This document shows positions 11,822 to 22,794 of a DNA stretch of 64,000 bases, piece by piece. Below the pieces are notes generated by a model. That model did not search any database and was not told the origin of the DNA. It saw nothing but the letters and a program-made list of their open reading frames with translations. The first letter of the stretch is position 1, and each line of letters starts with the position of its first letter. The translations under genes were made by a program, and so were the position numbers. This stretch comes from Mytilus californianus (Eukaryota), in contig NW_026262593.1 in NCBI RefSeq assembly GCF_021869535.1, positions 44,206,001-44,270,000 of the forward strand, in the 5' to 3' direction.

Positions 11822-11990
11822 GGATTTTGATTGTTTGGTTGGTCTTCAACTCCACTTTCAGCACTATCATTATCAGCGGCTTATTCGTGGTGATCAGTTT
11901 TTATTGGGGATTCGAACTCACAACTTCTGTGCTCACAAGTAATTGATGCAGTAGTTGTACTACTAAGACCACTCGACAACTGAGGCCCCC
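11822..11990 (-). mobile_element. tRNA-derived SINE, apparently internally deleted
   Basis: Minus strand begins GGGGCCTCAGTTGTCGAGTGG (A-box-like), has GAGTTCGAATCCCC (B box, 11919-11906), runs directly into aataaaaactgatcaccacg..., and ends in a (caat/caaa)n tail. Confidence 0.65.
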
Positions 11991-14900
11991 TTCCCTGGAT
12001 TTAGCATGAACCTTTAGCTACTCTTCTTGATACTTTATATAACATTGGTTATTTTAAGATGAAAGAACATGCTGAATGATAAGTTATGTGTTATTGCCTT
12101 TTTTTAAAGCATCTTTTAAAATGCAAGAATTGCCATGCACTAGCACTTATTCATTTGCTCTTATCTTACATTATTATCAAAGCGTAGTCTGTACAAATTC
12201 ACTATTTCTTTCATCACATCTTAACTGTGCATATATTTTTTCTAAATATAGACCCTGCATTGACATGCACAAGTAGGTCTGAGAGGAAACAGAAAAGACA
12301 ATATGATGATAATGAATGGCTGTCAAAAAGATTGATTGATTGATTGGTGCTTACTTAAGTAGTCCAGTGCAGTGGAAAAGACATTATAAAGGTGTCACCA
12401 AAGTTTCTGAAAGCTTTTTATCAACTGTGATCATTTTTAATCTGATTATATGTAATATAAGAAGACAAGTTATTTTAGTTACTTGTACATGTAGATTGTG
12501 CTAAATTAATTATCAATGACTACATGTAAATGTAAATTGTAAATGCAAGTTTTGTGGTCATTGTGGTTAACATGCAACATATGTACTAGGAGTCACATTG
12601 AACATGTAGGTGGCTTTTTAAGTTTTTGTAAAGAAAATATCTGCCTATATCCAAAATGTCCTAAAATCTTAATACATAAATAAATACATGTATTTATGTT
12701 TCAGATAAATTATTACAACGCAATAAATGTATATCAATTAGAATAGACCTGAATCTTCCAGACTAGATTGTAAGATAGAGCCTTTTAAGATGAAAGATAT
12801 ATTCTAATTTTTAATACCTAATTACATGAACATTTTCATTGTTCTGCATGAGTCAAATTCTGAACTACTATAAAATGCATCTGTTTTAAAAATCTGTTTT
12901 TTGTTATCATACTAAAAATATGAACCTAAGTCTTTGTTATATTACAATAGAATTTAAGATACAAATCTTTGACAGGGGGTGTCCACATAAATCATAACTA
13001 CCCACACCAGTACATTACTCTTAATCATATCACCCTGAAACAATAATCAATCTTTAACTTGAAACATATTACCCACATTTGTATGAAATGTACACTCGAT
13101 TTAAACACAAAAGAGGTCAAAATTTACAGGTGTACTTATTCAACATTACTTGACTAGCTTGAGGTAAAGGTGGTACTGTTGTCTGTCATATATATCCTCT
13201 AACAAATGTCTAAGCAAAATAGATGTAAATAACTGATTAAGACACTGTATTGTACCTGACTAAATGTATACATTCATAGTGGCGAAATGAGGCTGTGAAT
13301 GGGGATATTTGTAATCCCATTCACAAAATATCAAGAGTATATATAAACAATGAGGCTCTACATGCTCTACATTGGTAAGTGGCAATCACACATACACAAA
13401 ATTAAAATATTCAGAAAAGTAATCACATAATCAAGGTCCATAAATGTAATGGGATATCTTATAATCAACTTTTCACAAAAAGTATGAGGCAATCAAATCA
13501 AATAATTGTTTATTCATTGAAATATGATAAATGGAAATCAATCAATGATCAATCAAATAGTGGCAAAAATAATCCTACATGTACATTTATACCTTGGAAA
13601 ATTTGTTAAGTCCCAGGGAAACATCCAGGCACTTTGAAAGTAGGTGCTTATTGTAACTACACAAGGTTCCAGAATATTTCCATAAATGTTTATGAAACAT
13701 GTAAAAGGAGGTATTCCAGCTACTTCAAGAACCATTGCCACCAACCCAATACATACACAGACAGAGTCTAAGGGGTAGCTATGCCCATTTGATAACTCAT
13801 GATTATGGTAATACATGTATATTCATGATAATTGTGAAGTGAGATTGGCTATTGTACATGTAATCTGAATTAAGCTCATTGTGGCATGTACATGTACATG
13901 TATATTACAGTGTTCTCCCAAATTTGTTTTACAGTGATGTGGTAAGAGTACAATTTTAGATTCTCCTTTTATGTTGCAATGCGATGTAACATTTGTATAT
14001 AAATTACCATGTTAAAGCATATTTGTTATAAATATTAAAATAAATTGAAAAGGAATTTTATTTATATACTTTTGTACATGTAAAACACATATATCTGCAA
14101 CAATGTTTACCCTAATGAGCTGACAACCGGTGCACCACTATTGTTGTGCCAAAACTATACAGGATGGAATGCAAAGAATTTCAATAGTTTAACAATGTTG
14201 AATTTATTTCAGGAGAGGAAATACTAAACAGCAACTGTCAAACATTGTACATATATGACATGGAAACATGATATAATGACAACCATATAACTATATATAC
14301 AAACTAATTTAGACAATGCAGATTATACAATTCTATTATTCATGTATTATACAATTGTTTTAACTGTTTTGTAACTTATTTCATAGAAAACAGAAATAAT
14401 TTGATTTAGAATATAATTGTGTAATAATTATTTTTAACTTGATGTTTGTCAACTCTATGTAGATAGATATAACAAAGTATAATGGGTGATTTGAGATTAA
14501 CAAAACATCAATATTACAACAACTGTCTGTTTAATCAGTCTGAACAATTGGACATCATAGATTTCTAGGAACTTATTCATTATGTTAGTCATTACAAGAG
14601 AATCCATGTCTAATTTTGTCTAGGATCTTCTAGCATTTATCATTTGAACCTTTTTGAATATGTAATATTTTGGTAGATATGAAACATGAACAAAACTTGA
14701 AGACTTATTTTAATTTATTTGATACCAGTTATTGAAGATGATCATAGTACCCTTTGTCAATGTGTAAATTAGACTAACAGAAAAACAACAAACTGAAAGT
14801 TTTATAAACTGTATACAGCCCTGGATTTGTTTAGTGAGCCCAAAAATTGTCTATTTTTACATGTTTTAAGACAACTGAGTTGGTCACTAAATTTGGGTAC

Positions 14901-16713
14901 ATAATATTAATGGCAGAGTTAGAAATTAGGGTGTGTGTATATACTAAGAAACAAGTTCTGAGTAAATACTTGTATATTTTGATGTGTACTTGGTTTCTTC
15001 AAACAATAGTTTTAATTAACAATCAATCCTGAAACCACAAATCAGTCTTGGAAGTTAAAATGAGAAATTGCTAAGTATATGAAAAACAGCACAGACTATA
15101 GAACTGACTTAACCATGTTATTGTCCATACTGAGACCAAAGCAATGAACAATCATGATTAAATAAAACTGGATGGCTTCCCCTAATGCAATTTCATAACG
15201 AAGTTATCTTGTTTACAAACAGCAGCAATGTTTTTTTTCATCAATACAAACAAAATGTACAAATATATCTTTCTACAAAGTCAGTTACCTCTTTAACAAC
15301 TAATAATAATAATGCTATTACTTCTTTGCTAATCAGATGAAATAATGAAATTTTTCTCTAAAGCAAAATGAACCAATGCAATGGTCACATACAGACAGGA
15401 TCAATACACAGTCCTAAACACTATATCCCTGAGATGACTTCCAATAATAACATACAAATTTAATCACAAATTCCAATAGAGTCATTATGATGGATTATTC
15501 AGGAGCTTGAACTCAATTATGACAACAGAGGGTATGACACAATCTACCATTGAGTATGTAAATGAACGAGATTTATCTTGTAAAACAAGAACCAAATATA
15601 TGGACCTGAATGATTTATGGAACTTCAAAGACCTGTAAAAATAATTCAATTTTCAAGCTTTTGAATCTGGTCTTCTTCTGTTATCATGGTTATACTGCAT
15701 AAATCTATAAATTGTAATTGTTTCCATGATTTATAGTCTTTCTGTATTGAATATTATAATAATTGATAGGGAGATATTTGAAAACATTATGTAACCTCTA
15801 GCTTGACGGAGGGCTGACAACTAAGGCTGAGGCTAAAATTTGAAAATCTACTGTACAGGACTTGTGTATACCCAATACAAAATTCAGGATCATTAGGGTG
15901 TTTAAGTGTTCTGACTACTGCAAGCAATTTTGATTTTGACCAAATTTAATCTCATGTTAATCACTTCTGATCTTTTTTCATAAATTTTTTTTCATACATA
16001 TAAAAATAAGATGTGGTATGATTGCCAATGAGACATCTCTCCACAAGAGACCAAATGACATAGAAATTAACAACCATAGGTCACTGTACAGCCTTTGACA
16101 ATGAGCAAATTTACGTGCATCAGGCATGTGTATTTTTTTCATAAATTTCATTCTTTTCTATTCTTGTTTCATATTCGTATGTTATCATTGTCATGTACTT
16201 GATGAGTTCAAATGATGCCCTTAATAAATCATGCAATGATCTAGCACCATCATTTTTGATTATGCCTTGTTAGAATCAACCAAATCATAAATTTATCTCA
16301 AAACCCTAAATGTAGTTTAATGTACACTTCAAAGATCAGTGAAAACAATCACTAGATATAAGAAGATGTGGTATGAGTGCCAATGAGACAACTCTCCATC
16401 CAAGTCACAATTTGTAAAATTACTATTTATAATATATACGTGTACAATGTATGTACTTTTTTCTGGATCTAGAAAAGGGTATTGCTATGATCATGATGAT
16501 ACCTTAAACTAAATGTATTAAAAATAGGAGAAAATGAGATCATCTCATACAAGTCAAACATGTACAAATCACAGCATGTGCCATTATCTTTACGTCTATT
16601 CTCAATAACATAATGTCTTCTAATACACCATATGTTTTCATTTCAATAAGATTATCTTATTTTTCAGAAGGTATACATGTATAACACAAAAATTATTTAT
16701 GTTAATCATGTTA

Positions 16714-17846
16714 GGCCAATTAAAATTAATTGATAGATTTTCATCCCCGCCCGCCCCTCTGAAATCGTCCCGCCCCGATTTTTTTTATTGTAACAAATTT
16801 ACGATTTCCGGATTTTGTTCATTTCCGTTACCGGAAACCACCGATAATTTCGTTTCATTCATAACTTCCTGTAGCAAATTTCGGTTTTCGTATTTCTTCG
16901 AGTAATTTAACCAAAATGATTAAGTCGAAATATTCTGCTGCTCTATGATGACAGCATTATCTTCCGAGAAAAGAGATTGCTTACGAGAAGGGCATGAAAT
17001 ATTCGGGTTACGAGTGACAGGCGGTGTCCAAGAACGCAAATCGCGGTCAGTGATTAGAAACCTGTGGATTTTTTTATTCATACAATGACTTTGTGTCAGG
17101 AAATTTGGACTGTGAATGATATCCAAAGCACAAGAATCGTGGAACACATTGCTGCAATAAAAATCATGACTGGGATAGAGAAATTGACACAAGCACGAAC
17201 TTGTGCGATCTAAGACCATATATTGAGTACAAAAAAGTCGGCCAATGTAATGCTATGTCTTAAAACTTTTCCAGATACACAGGGTTATCTGTACTCAGAG
17301 TAAATTTTGAGGTGAAAATGCAGCCCTTGTAGCCAAAGGGTCCACATGAACCTTAAAAGCATAAACCATAGTATTTGCAACATAGTTTGAGTTTTTATTT
17401 CACTCTGTACTCATAATACTTGTAATGGGCACTACAAAGTACTACTTAGAAAGCAAAATGAATTTGATGTAGGTAGTCTAAAAGAGAACATTTCTCCACC
17501 TTTTTGCTATTTACTAAAAAAAAATTTCTAAAGTGGCAATCACATGTAGAACAGTGGTTGCCAATCCAAAATCTTTATTAAGACTTTGAAAATTTATGTA
17601 GAATTCCTTATATATACATGATATAAGCTAATATTACCCTTGCATATGCACAGTCTGATTGAAACCAGCCCCCAATATCTACAAAGGCAAATGGAAAGTG
17701 GGGGCTGGTTTTAATCAGACTGGCATATGAAGAACACGTCACAAAAGGGTTTCGGAGGAAATAAAAATTAAAAAATAAAATCCTCCCACCCGCCCCATTT
17801 TTTTCAAAAATTTGGATGAAAATCTACTAATTAATTTTAGTTGGCC
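16714..17846. mobile_element. Non-autonomous TIR element with TTA target duplication (PIF/Harbinger- or Kolobok-type)
   Basis: Left GGCCAATTAAAATTAATTGATAGATTTTCATCC; right end reverse complement GGCCAACTAAAATTAATTAGTAGATTTTCATCC. TTA at 16711-16713 and 17847-17849; the right flank is TTAA. Confidence 0.8.
17651..17722. repeat. Mini inverted-repeat (hairpin) element
   Basis: cagtctgattgaaaccagccccca (17651-17674) pairs with tgggggctggttttaatcagactg (17699-17722). CATATG flanks both sides. Confidence 0.75.
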
Positions 17847-18265
17847 TTAATGATACTTAATCATTTTCTTTGGGGTGAGAGGGTGGTTTATTTTACAAAA
17901 GTATATAATATATATATATATATGGTTTTCATTTCGGTGGCACATATGTTTATTTCAACTACAGGTATCTTAGTTTCTATTTTTAAATGAAATTAACGGA
18001 AATAATGCCCAAAAGGACAGTCTATACACGTATAGTTTTGAGTCTACTATAGTCACTAATTACAAAGTAAAGTGGCATTGTATTAAACACCTGGAGGACC
18101 GCCTGTTAATTTACCCAACCGGTATCAAAATTTAAATTTCCCTAGCATTCCACGGTTTAAGACCCAAAATTAATGCCTGACATATATTCATTTTATATCT
18201 GACAAAGAAGACCCTGGCATATTTTTAAGACTAGACCATTTAAGAAATGCAAGTCTGAAATGAAT

Positions 18266-18401
18266 CAGTGGCGGATCCAGAACTTTTTATAAGCATGATA
18301 AGGGGGGCCCCACTCCAGTCATTCTTCAGTGATTCCCTATATAATCAACCAAATTTTTCCCACAAAAAGGGGGCCCTGGCCCCCATGGATCTGCCTACAT
18401 G
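18266..18401. mobile_element. Short MITE with GGCGGATCC-type TIRs
   Basis: cagtggcggatcca ... tggatctgcctacatg; internal G/C runs. Confidence 0.55.
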
Positions 18402-19043
18402 TATGTAAACATGGTGAATTTAAGTTCTATCTAAACTTATCATATGTCAGGTATGTTATTACTTCTATCAAGGATTTGTATAGTATTAGTCTTACTATAC
18501 AAATCCTTGCTTCTATATGGACCAAAAAATTTTATGGGAATATTATTTTCTCCTGCGACTGTTTCTTATTTTGAAAGGAAGAAAAAAGGTCAAAAAGTAA
18601 ATTAAAAGTTACACATTACAGTAACAGAATTTCAGTTATTATTTGGTGTGGGTTTTTTATTTTCATTTTCTTATTTTTGGGGATAGGGATAATTATTTTA
18701 TTGTGCTCCAGACTTGTTCTCTTTTTCAATTCAAATGCCAATATTGCCTGGGACCAATAGATTAATGTGGTGCACCTAAATTACATTGTATTCTCTTCAC
18801 CGGGAGAAAACTATGTGCACAATAATACCACATTTTGGTTCGTACCTGGGCTTTTTGTATAACATGTATAAGCTTTTAAATAACCGGTTTTATTTGTAAT
18901 GTCTTGAGAATATTCTGAGTTAAAGGGAATTTTCTTCAGACAGGAAAACAATTTTCTTAGTTTAAATGATGATTAAAATATAAACACAAATATATATAAT
19001 CAAGCACCTGTTCGTGAAATACGAAGCTAAATTATTAACTTAC

Positions 19044-19110
19044 CCGACATACAAATTACGTATTCTGTTAAAATTAAACATAATAAATATAAATATGTCC
19101 TTCGTATCAT
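19044..19110 (-). CDS. CLSTN1: Calsyntenin-like protein, first coding exon (signal peptide)
   Basis: ATG at 19110 gives MIRRTYLYLLCLILTEYVICMS plus one G, then GTAAGT (19043-19038). Basic N-terminus followed by a hydrophobic core. The leftover G joins the AA that opens exon 2165-2016 to give GAA, in frame. A CpG-containing promoter-like segment lies just upstream. Confidence 0.65.
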
Positions 19111-19184
19111 TTTTAAGCCTTCATGTATTTAAAGTATTCCAGTAAAACAATAAATTGTCAAACAGATCGTCGTCGAGTAATGGT

Positions 19185-19242
19185 AAAATGGCTGGCTAGT
19201 TTGTGTTTATGCTAATGCATGACGTCATTTGTGTATTTCCGG
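19185..19242. promoter_or_regulatory. Putative promoter cluster (CRE, YY1-like and ETS-like motifs)
   Basis: AAAATGGC at 19185-19192, palindromic ATGACGTCAT at 19219-19228, TTCCGG at 19237-19242, and local CpG enrichment, 75-130 bp upstream of the calsyntenin-like ATG. Confidence 0.5.
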
Positions 19243-19464
19243 TTATCGACCAGGTGAAAATTCTCCATGAAGTTTTACCATAAAAATTTCCTCTTTCGTA
19301 TTCGGATGATCTAAAGAACCAATTAAATCTATGTATCAGATTTTAAAATAGTTTATGTAATAAAATATACAAACGAAAATCATTGAAAGAAAATATTTGT
19401 GTACAAAATAACCAATGCTATTTTTTATTTATTTTGTTCAGAGACAATTTGTAAACGAGTTTTG

Positions 19465-19850
19465 GTAAGTGTATTGCTATAAATATATATTTTTTCATTG
19501 TTTCTAAATAAAGTGAAATTCTGACAAGGTTTTTTTTTTGTGTCATGGTAAATGTATTGCTATAAACATTTTTTTTTCGTTGTAGTTAAATAAAGTGAGA
19601 TTCTGACAACCAGTATTTTATTTTTGTGTTGAATAATTTTTAATCATGTGTTGGTTAGTGTATTGTTATAAATATTTCTTTTTTATTGTTTCAAACGGAA
19701 TTGGGATTCTGACAACGTTTTTTTTTTATGTCATGATTGAATAATTCGTAATCATGTTTTGGATAGTGTATTTCTATAAACATTTTTTTTCATTGTTTAT
19801 GAATAAAGTGAGATTCTGACAACGTTTTTTTGTGTGTGTGTGTTGAATAC
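19465..19850. repeat. Four degenerate ~85-120-bp tandem units
   Basis: Each unit starts g(t/a)(a/t)agtgtatt and contains aataaagtgagattctgacaac. Confidence 0.7.
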
Positions 19851-20017
19851 ACCTTATAGCAGTTTCGATCCAGGGCATTTATTTCCATATTAGAAGAAGT
19901 TTGGAGGTACACTATCTATGAGGTAAAAAAAACATAAGTATATATATATATTTCATTTTATAATGCAAGTTAAAACAACAATCATGATTATTAAACACTC
20001 AACAATAACACCAAATT

Positions 20018-20625
20018 AGGCCACCAATGGGTCTTCAACACAGCGAGAAAATCCCGCACCCGGTGGCGGGCTTCAGCTGACCCCTAAACAAAAATGTGTC
20101 TAGTTCAATGAAAATGGACGTCACACTAAACTCCAAAACATAAAAATGAACTAAAGTATAAAAAATGCGGCGGGGTTAAACATGTTTTGTTAGATCTCAA
20201 TAACCCTCCACCTATACCTCTAGCCAATGTAAAATAAACAAACACACAGCAATACGCACAGTAAAACTCATTTAAAAGAAGTCCGCGTCCGATGTTAGAA
20301 TAGGTAACAAAAGAAACTAAGCAAAAAGACAATGATACATAAATTAACAAAGGACTACTAGCAGTTACTGACATGCCAGCTCCAGACCTCAATTAAACTG
20401 ATTGAAAGATTATGTCTTCATCATATGAAAATCAAGCACAATTTCTCCCGTTAGGGGTTTAGTATCATACCATCATAAAATATACTGAGAAGAACATAAC
20501 CCCGGGGTCCCGTATCATGCCAACAACTGGTTTTAGAATAAATGTGTTTATTTCCGATGCAAAGACCATATGAGTGAATCAATATTAATACCAAAATATA
20601 CCATCTTTAATGACCTGACAACAGA
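20018..20625 (+). repeat. Interspersed repeat family B (5'-truncated copy)
   Basis: ggccaccaatgggtcttcaac...gcggcggggttaaacatgtt...ccctcc. Matches 45343-45705, 54775-55042 and, inverted, 45002-45120. Confidence 0.7.
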
Positions 20626-21642
20626 CCCCCTTCCATAGTCATGAAAATTCAAACCTGCAACAGTTCTTTATACTTTTAATCTTTACAACAACAATAAAAA
20701 ACATGCATACAATTTCTATTTCTATTTTTATTATTCAATTGAATATTGCATCAGAAGTGTAAATAGAGCTTCAAATGGGGAAGTTGAATAAAGAAAAACT
20801 TATGACTTCATCAGGAAAGTTCTTTTTTTTTTTTTTTTTTGGGAAATGCCCGTTATGGTCTCATTGTCGATTCATTTACCACGCTTATATTCAATTTCAG
20901 CACACTGTTCTTATGCTAAATTGAAAAGTTAGTAAATTAACTTCAGTTAAAACAACTTTCCTGGGAGAACATGTTGAAACCTTAAGATTTGGATCTTACG
21001 AATTGTGCCGAGCAGAACAAGGCGAAAATGAATGATGTCTCTCATGCCAACAAAATTACGTTTTTTTTTATCGTAAGGGGAAAGGATGGGTATGGGTCGC
21101 CTGAGATCGCATCTCCAGGACATAAAGGAAAATTATTCACGTAAAGACATATTAAAACTGCCACACTTGACTCCGCCAGATATAATCTAAAAAAACTATT
21201 GAAATATATGCTAAATCATGTGTTTTACGATTAACCATGTAAGGAAACAGCTATTAGTATTATTGTCTCGCCTTGACGGAGTCAAAAAGTTAGACTTAGG
21301 TACGTATGATTTTTCGGGCAGCTTCAACAATGTGTTAATGTTAGTGATTAGGTCAGTTTTAAGTAAACCACTAATGGCAAATCAATGATATATATTTCGT
21401 ATGCAGTATACATAAGGATTGGCACATCTTATTTCCATTGAGATAATTTAGCCCTGCACTCTCAGGCATTACCTATTGACTTTCGCGCTTTTGCATAGTT
21501 TACATGTTGGAAGAAATATGACAAGGCCAGTTTAAGGGACTTATAATTAGTCAAAGATATTTGGCATGCAATTGTAAAAGCAATTATTTGGCACCACCCG
21601 CTCAGTCATGGTCTATTGACTAAAACAATTGCATAGTTCACA

Positions 21643-22794
21643 GGGCGACCTACATTTGCCCGAATTTGAATATGACAAGCATTACGTTTGCGCGAAGAAA
21701 TGATATTACGTTTGCGCAAAGGAGTAGGTCCGATAAGGGCCGATTTTGGCCTCAAAATTCAGGTTCATCTGATGAAAGATTTTAGACACTTTTTAAACAC
21801 TTAAGTGTCTACTTCAGCCGATTCAATTAGTGTATGTGAAAGATTTGAACTGATTTAGTCATTAAAGACGCTCAAATTCAAGCTTTAATATGAAAAATCT
21901 ATCAAATATGCCAAAAAAGGGTCTTACCGGGCCTACTCCTTTACTTGTAAATTTACCTGAGTTTTAACCTGTGATTTAATCCTGGGAACAATCTGATTTG
22001 TACGTTTTTGTTTTAGGAAAATGAGTTATTTCGTTGGTTGTTTGTTTTTCGTTTATTATTTTGAACATAAATTGGCTATCATACTACATCTTCTTTTTTG
22101 ATATATTGAAATATATTAAAAAAGTCTTTATTCGTTTAAATAAATATTTAAAAGCACTACATTTATGTACAAGAAAGTTTTGAATAAAATACAGTGAATA
22201 TCCTGAAAGAAACATTGAAAGCATACAGTCATGAATAAAACACAGTATACATATATATAATATATACGGGAACTTTTTACCAATCAGTTCTTGCCTGGTA
22301 CTTAATTTTGTACGATAGAGATTTCAGATAACATTGGCGGGAAATTTTCCCAGTCTGAATATCAACATAAAATTTTGAACAGTAAACTTCTTTGTCTGTG
22401 CGCTTTACAAGAGCTTGGTTAACGCTACTGAGAATTTGAATGTCAGTAGTCGCCTGAACTTGCAGTATAATCTCAATGAAGGTGTAGATGGCTGGATGAG
22501 TAGAATAAAGCTGTTCATTGTTATAGCTGTGAAAAGACTCTTTGGCCCATTGTTGGTATGTTTTGTTTCTTCATTAGGCATTAGAAATCATATTTTTTTT
22601 TAATTTCGGAAATCATAATTTGTTTATAAAAAGTCAATGGTTTATATTTTATGAAAAAAATAGAAATCAATCCACGCAAACGTAGTGACTTTTTAACAGG
22701 TAAATTTCGCTCCAACGTAATTGCGTTTTGCCGCGCAAACGTAGATTTTTTTTCGTGCAAACGTAGGACGAATTCGCGCAAACGTAACGCGCCG
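21643..22794. mobile_element. TIR element with 8-bp TSD (hAT/P/Merlin-type) and subterminal TACGTTTGCGCG repeats
   Basis: AGTTCACA at 21635-21642 and 22795-22802. Imperfect 24-bp TIRs (gggcgacctacatttgcccgaatt / cggcgcgttacgtttgcgcgaatt). Removing the element restores a host unit (gcatagttcacatgtt) matching the neighbouring unit near 21493. Confidence 0.8.
21718..21942. mobile_element. MITE (aaaggagtaggtccg TIR family), internally deleted, nested
   Basis: aaaggagtaggtccgataag ... cttaccgggcctactccttt. The body matches the longer copy at 40253-40811. Confidence 0.75.

Noticed and set aside
11900-11990. tRNA-like A/B boxes
   Set aside because: No cloverleaf can be folded and a SINE-type tail follows; classed as SINE, not tRNA.
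13296-13324. Short hairpin gtgaatggg...cccattcac
   Set aside because: Too short for a pre-miRNA and lacks the downstream CTRR of a Helitron 3' end.
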